A stretch of DNA of 64,000 nucleotides from Hypanus sabinus. Taxonomy: Eukaryota. The stretch lies in contig NC_082720.1 in NCBI RefSeq assembly GCF_030144855.1, positions 57,598,001-57,662,000 of the forward strand. The letters are read 5' to 3'. A program made the position numbers and the translations under genes. Below the pieces are notes generated by a model, which worked only from the letters and a program-made list of their open reading frames with translations, had not been told where the DNA came from and made no database searches. Numbering within the stretch: the stretch's first letter is position 1; each line of letters starts with the position of its first letter. This document shows positions 61,755 to 64,000 of the stretch, one piece after another.

Positions 61755-62769
61755 AGATGGCGGCATATACCCCAAGATCCAAAAAAAATCCAACCGCAAT
61801 GTGCGACCGGTTCCCCAGAGGAATTACCGTGACAATAAATAGCACAAACTTCACATGATGTAAATGATAGAAGCGCTGTCTCTGTTGAGGTGAGGCATAC
61901 TGTGTAAAAACAAAAATCGTCCAGAACTAATAATTAATCTATGCATGTTTTCAGATTCTCTGGATCCCAACAATTAAATAGAAAAATTTCTGTGCACAGT
62001 ATGGTTTAAATAAATTGCCTTAAGGAAAATCGTCTACCCTTCTCTGTGCGAAGGTCGACGTACCAAAGTTATTCTTGTCATACTTAGATGACACAACTGT
62101 AAATATAACTGAACTTCTTTTGCATAGGTTGTGTTGCATCGGCTACACAGTGCGCGTAAATGAGGCAGTCTTATTGTTGACAGACATTTAACTCACGCGG
62201 TGGTGTGGTGCAGTTACCAAGAGGGGGACTAAACAGAAATACCTATAATGAACAACTTTATGTTTATTCGAAAGGACGTCCGAGTGCATCAAGTTTGAGA
62301 AAATTAAAAATGTTTGCAAAAGTAGTTTGTGAATACCACCTAAAGTCAGTGAATCATTCCACCCCTGAATTAAAACAATGTTCTGGAATTTAATTTAGAT
62401 AGTAAGGTCATTAGAGTGACATATCAAGGCTTTAGTTTATTTTCGTGAAGAGTGTTTTGGATAGCCAAGCCACAGTAAAAGCTAACCTTAAAAACGTTGT
62501 TAATTGTTTTTGTTTTTAAAATACTTACATTAAAAATTCTATGTAAGTAAGTGAGATCGTTATGGAACATGTACTGTAGTGGGTACTTTGTATTCTGTAA
62601 CTTTTTATGCATATTGTCGTTTATGGAATCACTTATATCTGGATTCAAATCTAACTTGTCTTGCCACTGGTTAATATATTTATAATTGTTGTGTTGGCTT
62701 TGAATTGTACTGAAATAAAGTTGGAAGAATTTGGGTTTATCTTGGAGGAAATATATATTTCAGAAGGAG

Positions 62770-63120
62770 TAAGGCCAGATATTTTGGACAGTCTTGTAGA
62801 AAAGTAATGAAGTATTGTGTGCAATTCTGGCTGCCAGATGAGAGGAAGTATGTGGTTGTGCTGGAGAAAGTCCTAAGAGATTCATAAGGACATTGTCTGA
62901 ATTGGAGAACTAGTTATGGAGATATATTGGATAAGCACAGACTCTATCTCCTTGCAGTGAAAGTGATTGAAGGATGACCTGATGGAGCAAGATAAAGATA
63001 TAAGGGGCATAGATAGGATAGGTGATCACAATACTTTTCCATGGTAGGCTTGCTGAAAACATAAAGCAAAAAAGTGAAAGGGTATTTTAAAAGGGGTCAG
63101 AGGGGAAAGTTTCTTTACAG
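62770..63120 (+). mobile_element. Degenerate CR1 LINE fragment
   Basis: AAGTATTGTGTGCAATTCTGG (KYCVQFW) ...GTGCTGGAGAAAGT..AGATTCA..GATGACCTGATGGAG, similar to 29251-29733. Confidence 0.6.
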
Positions 63121-63950
63121 AGATTCAAGATTATTTAATGTCATTTCCAGTACACAAGTGTAAAAGAGAACAAAATGATTGTTACTCCGGATCCAATGCA
63201 GCACAAAAAAATCCAGTAAGAAAAAAAACACAATATTACAAATACACAATAAATATAAATATAAATACATAAGATACTCCTTCCCTCCAGTAGCCTGTAG
63301 CTCACCCTTGGACAACGTGTAGCACCTGCTTAGCTCCCGAATCAAGGTCACGTGAAGTCATGGGAGCAGGTGGTGGATGGTCATATGAGCAGCTGGTGCA
63401 AATCACAAGTCCTAGTTATATGACCACTGATGCCAAGCAGATGATCTGTGAAGTGTACTGATAACGGTCAGGGTCACCTGTCTTCTAAAGACACTGCTCA
63501 GAGAAGGCAATGGCAAGCCACTTCTTTAGAAATATTTGCCAAGAACAATCATGGTCATGGCAAGACCACAGTTGCCCATTTCATGTGACATGGCACATAA
63601 CAAACAAAAATAAGATAGCTTATATATATAGATTAATTGTATCTCCATAAAGTGACACTAGGCCCTGGAGTGTGTATACACAAGGTGACTGACAGAAAAT
63701 GATAAAGTAGTGGGGGTTTGGGTTGTGGGAGGGTGAATTAGTGGCTGGAGGTGATGATCTGCCTGACTGCCTGGGGAAAGTAACTGATTTTGAGTCTGGT
63801 GGTCCTGTTGTAGATGTGATGCAGCCTTCTCCTTGATGGAAATGGACAAACAGTCCATGGGCAGGGTGCATGTCCATGGCCCTTTCCAACACCATTCTGT
63901 ATATATATCCTCGATGGCAGGTGGACTCATGTTGGTAATGCATTGGGTGG
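63121..63950 (-). mobile_element. Rex1-like LINE 3' fragment interrupted by a SINE
   Basis: Tail AGATTCAAGATTATTTAATGTCATT at 63121; ORFs 63658..63930 (PAIEDIYTEWC) and 63620..63943 (HPAHGLF). Confidence 0.55.
63277..63609 (+). mobile_element. SINE with RTE/BovB-related segment
   Basis: GAGAAGGCAATGGCAAGCCACTTC..TTTGCCAAGAA motif; TSD ATAAGATA at 63269 and 63610. Confidence 0.55.
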
Positions 63951-64000
63951 ATATCTGGTTGATATCTGGGTGATAATATATCAGAAATACTCAGTATGCT

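Noticed and set aside
61896-64000. Search for constant exons or a 14th promoter
   Set aside because: No QAPPNTDW/PRQPNPDW-like coding sequence and no GCTTTAAG-ATTGG-CCAAT cassette seen; the region is mostly TE debris.
1-64000. Specific gene symbols (PCDHA/PCDHG numbers, PCDH10) and prokaryotic features such as CRISPR arrays
   Set aside because: Subcluster and orthology cannot be assigned without the constant exons and a phylogeny; no repeat-spacer array, rRNA or intact tRNA was seen.

Overview
Vertebrate clustered protocadherin (cPcdh) locus. The repeat content (HE1/V-SINE-like, CR1, Rex1/Babar-like and RTE LINEs, Tc1 remnants, Penelope-like ends) points to a cartilaginous fish, probably a ray; this is inferred, not proven. 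The window holds 13 tandem + strand variable exons of about 2.4 kb. Each encodes a signal peptide, six cadherin repeats, a TM helix and a variable cytoplasmic domain, and 12 end in a phase-0 donor (GAG/AAG/CAG|GTGAG). No constant exons are in the window; they are presumably downstream. Genes 1-3 (about 5.6 kb unit) and genes 7-10 (about 4 kb unit, mosaic and homogenised) are recent duplicate families. Main observations: (i) all 13 genes have an out-of-frame ATG exactly 16 nt upstream of the inferred start; (ii) all 12 visible promoters share a fixed-spacing cassette TGTRCA-N4-TAAAT / GCTTTAAG / ATTGG / CCAAT / CTGGAGATCC / CCRCCAT with no clear CTCF 'CGCT' core; (iii) all tails carry an invariant PPNYVEV (PPxY plus YxxPhi) motif; (iv) gene 13 has premature stops but also a new in-frame donor just upstream of them; (v) the junction of the 4-kb duplication maps into a Tc1 remnant. 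There is one assembly gap (14304-14438).
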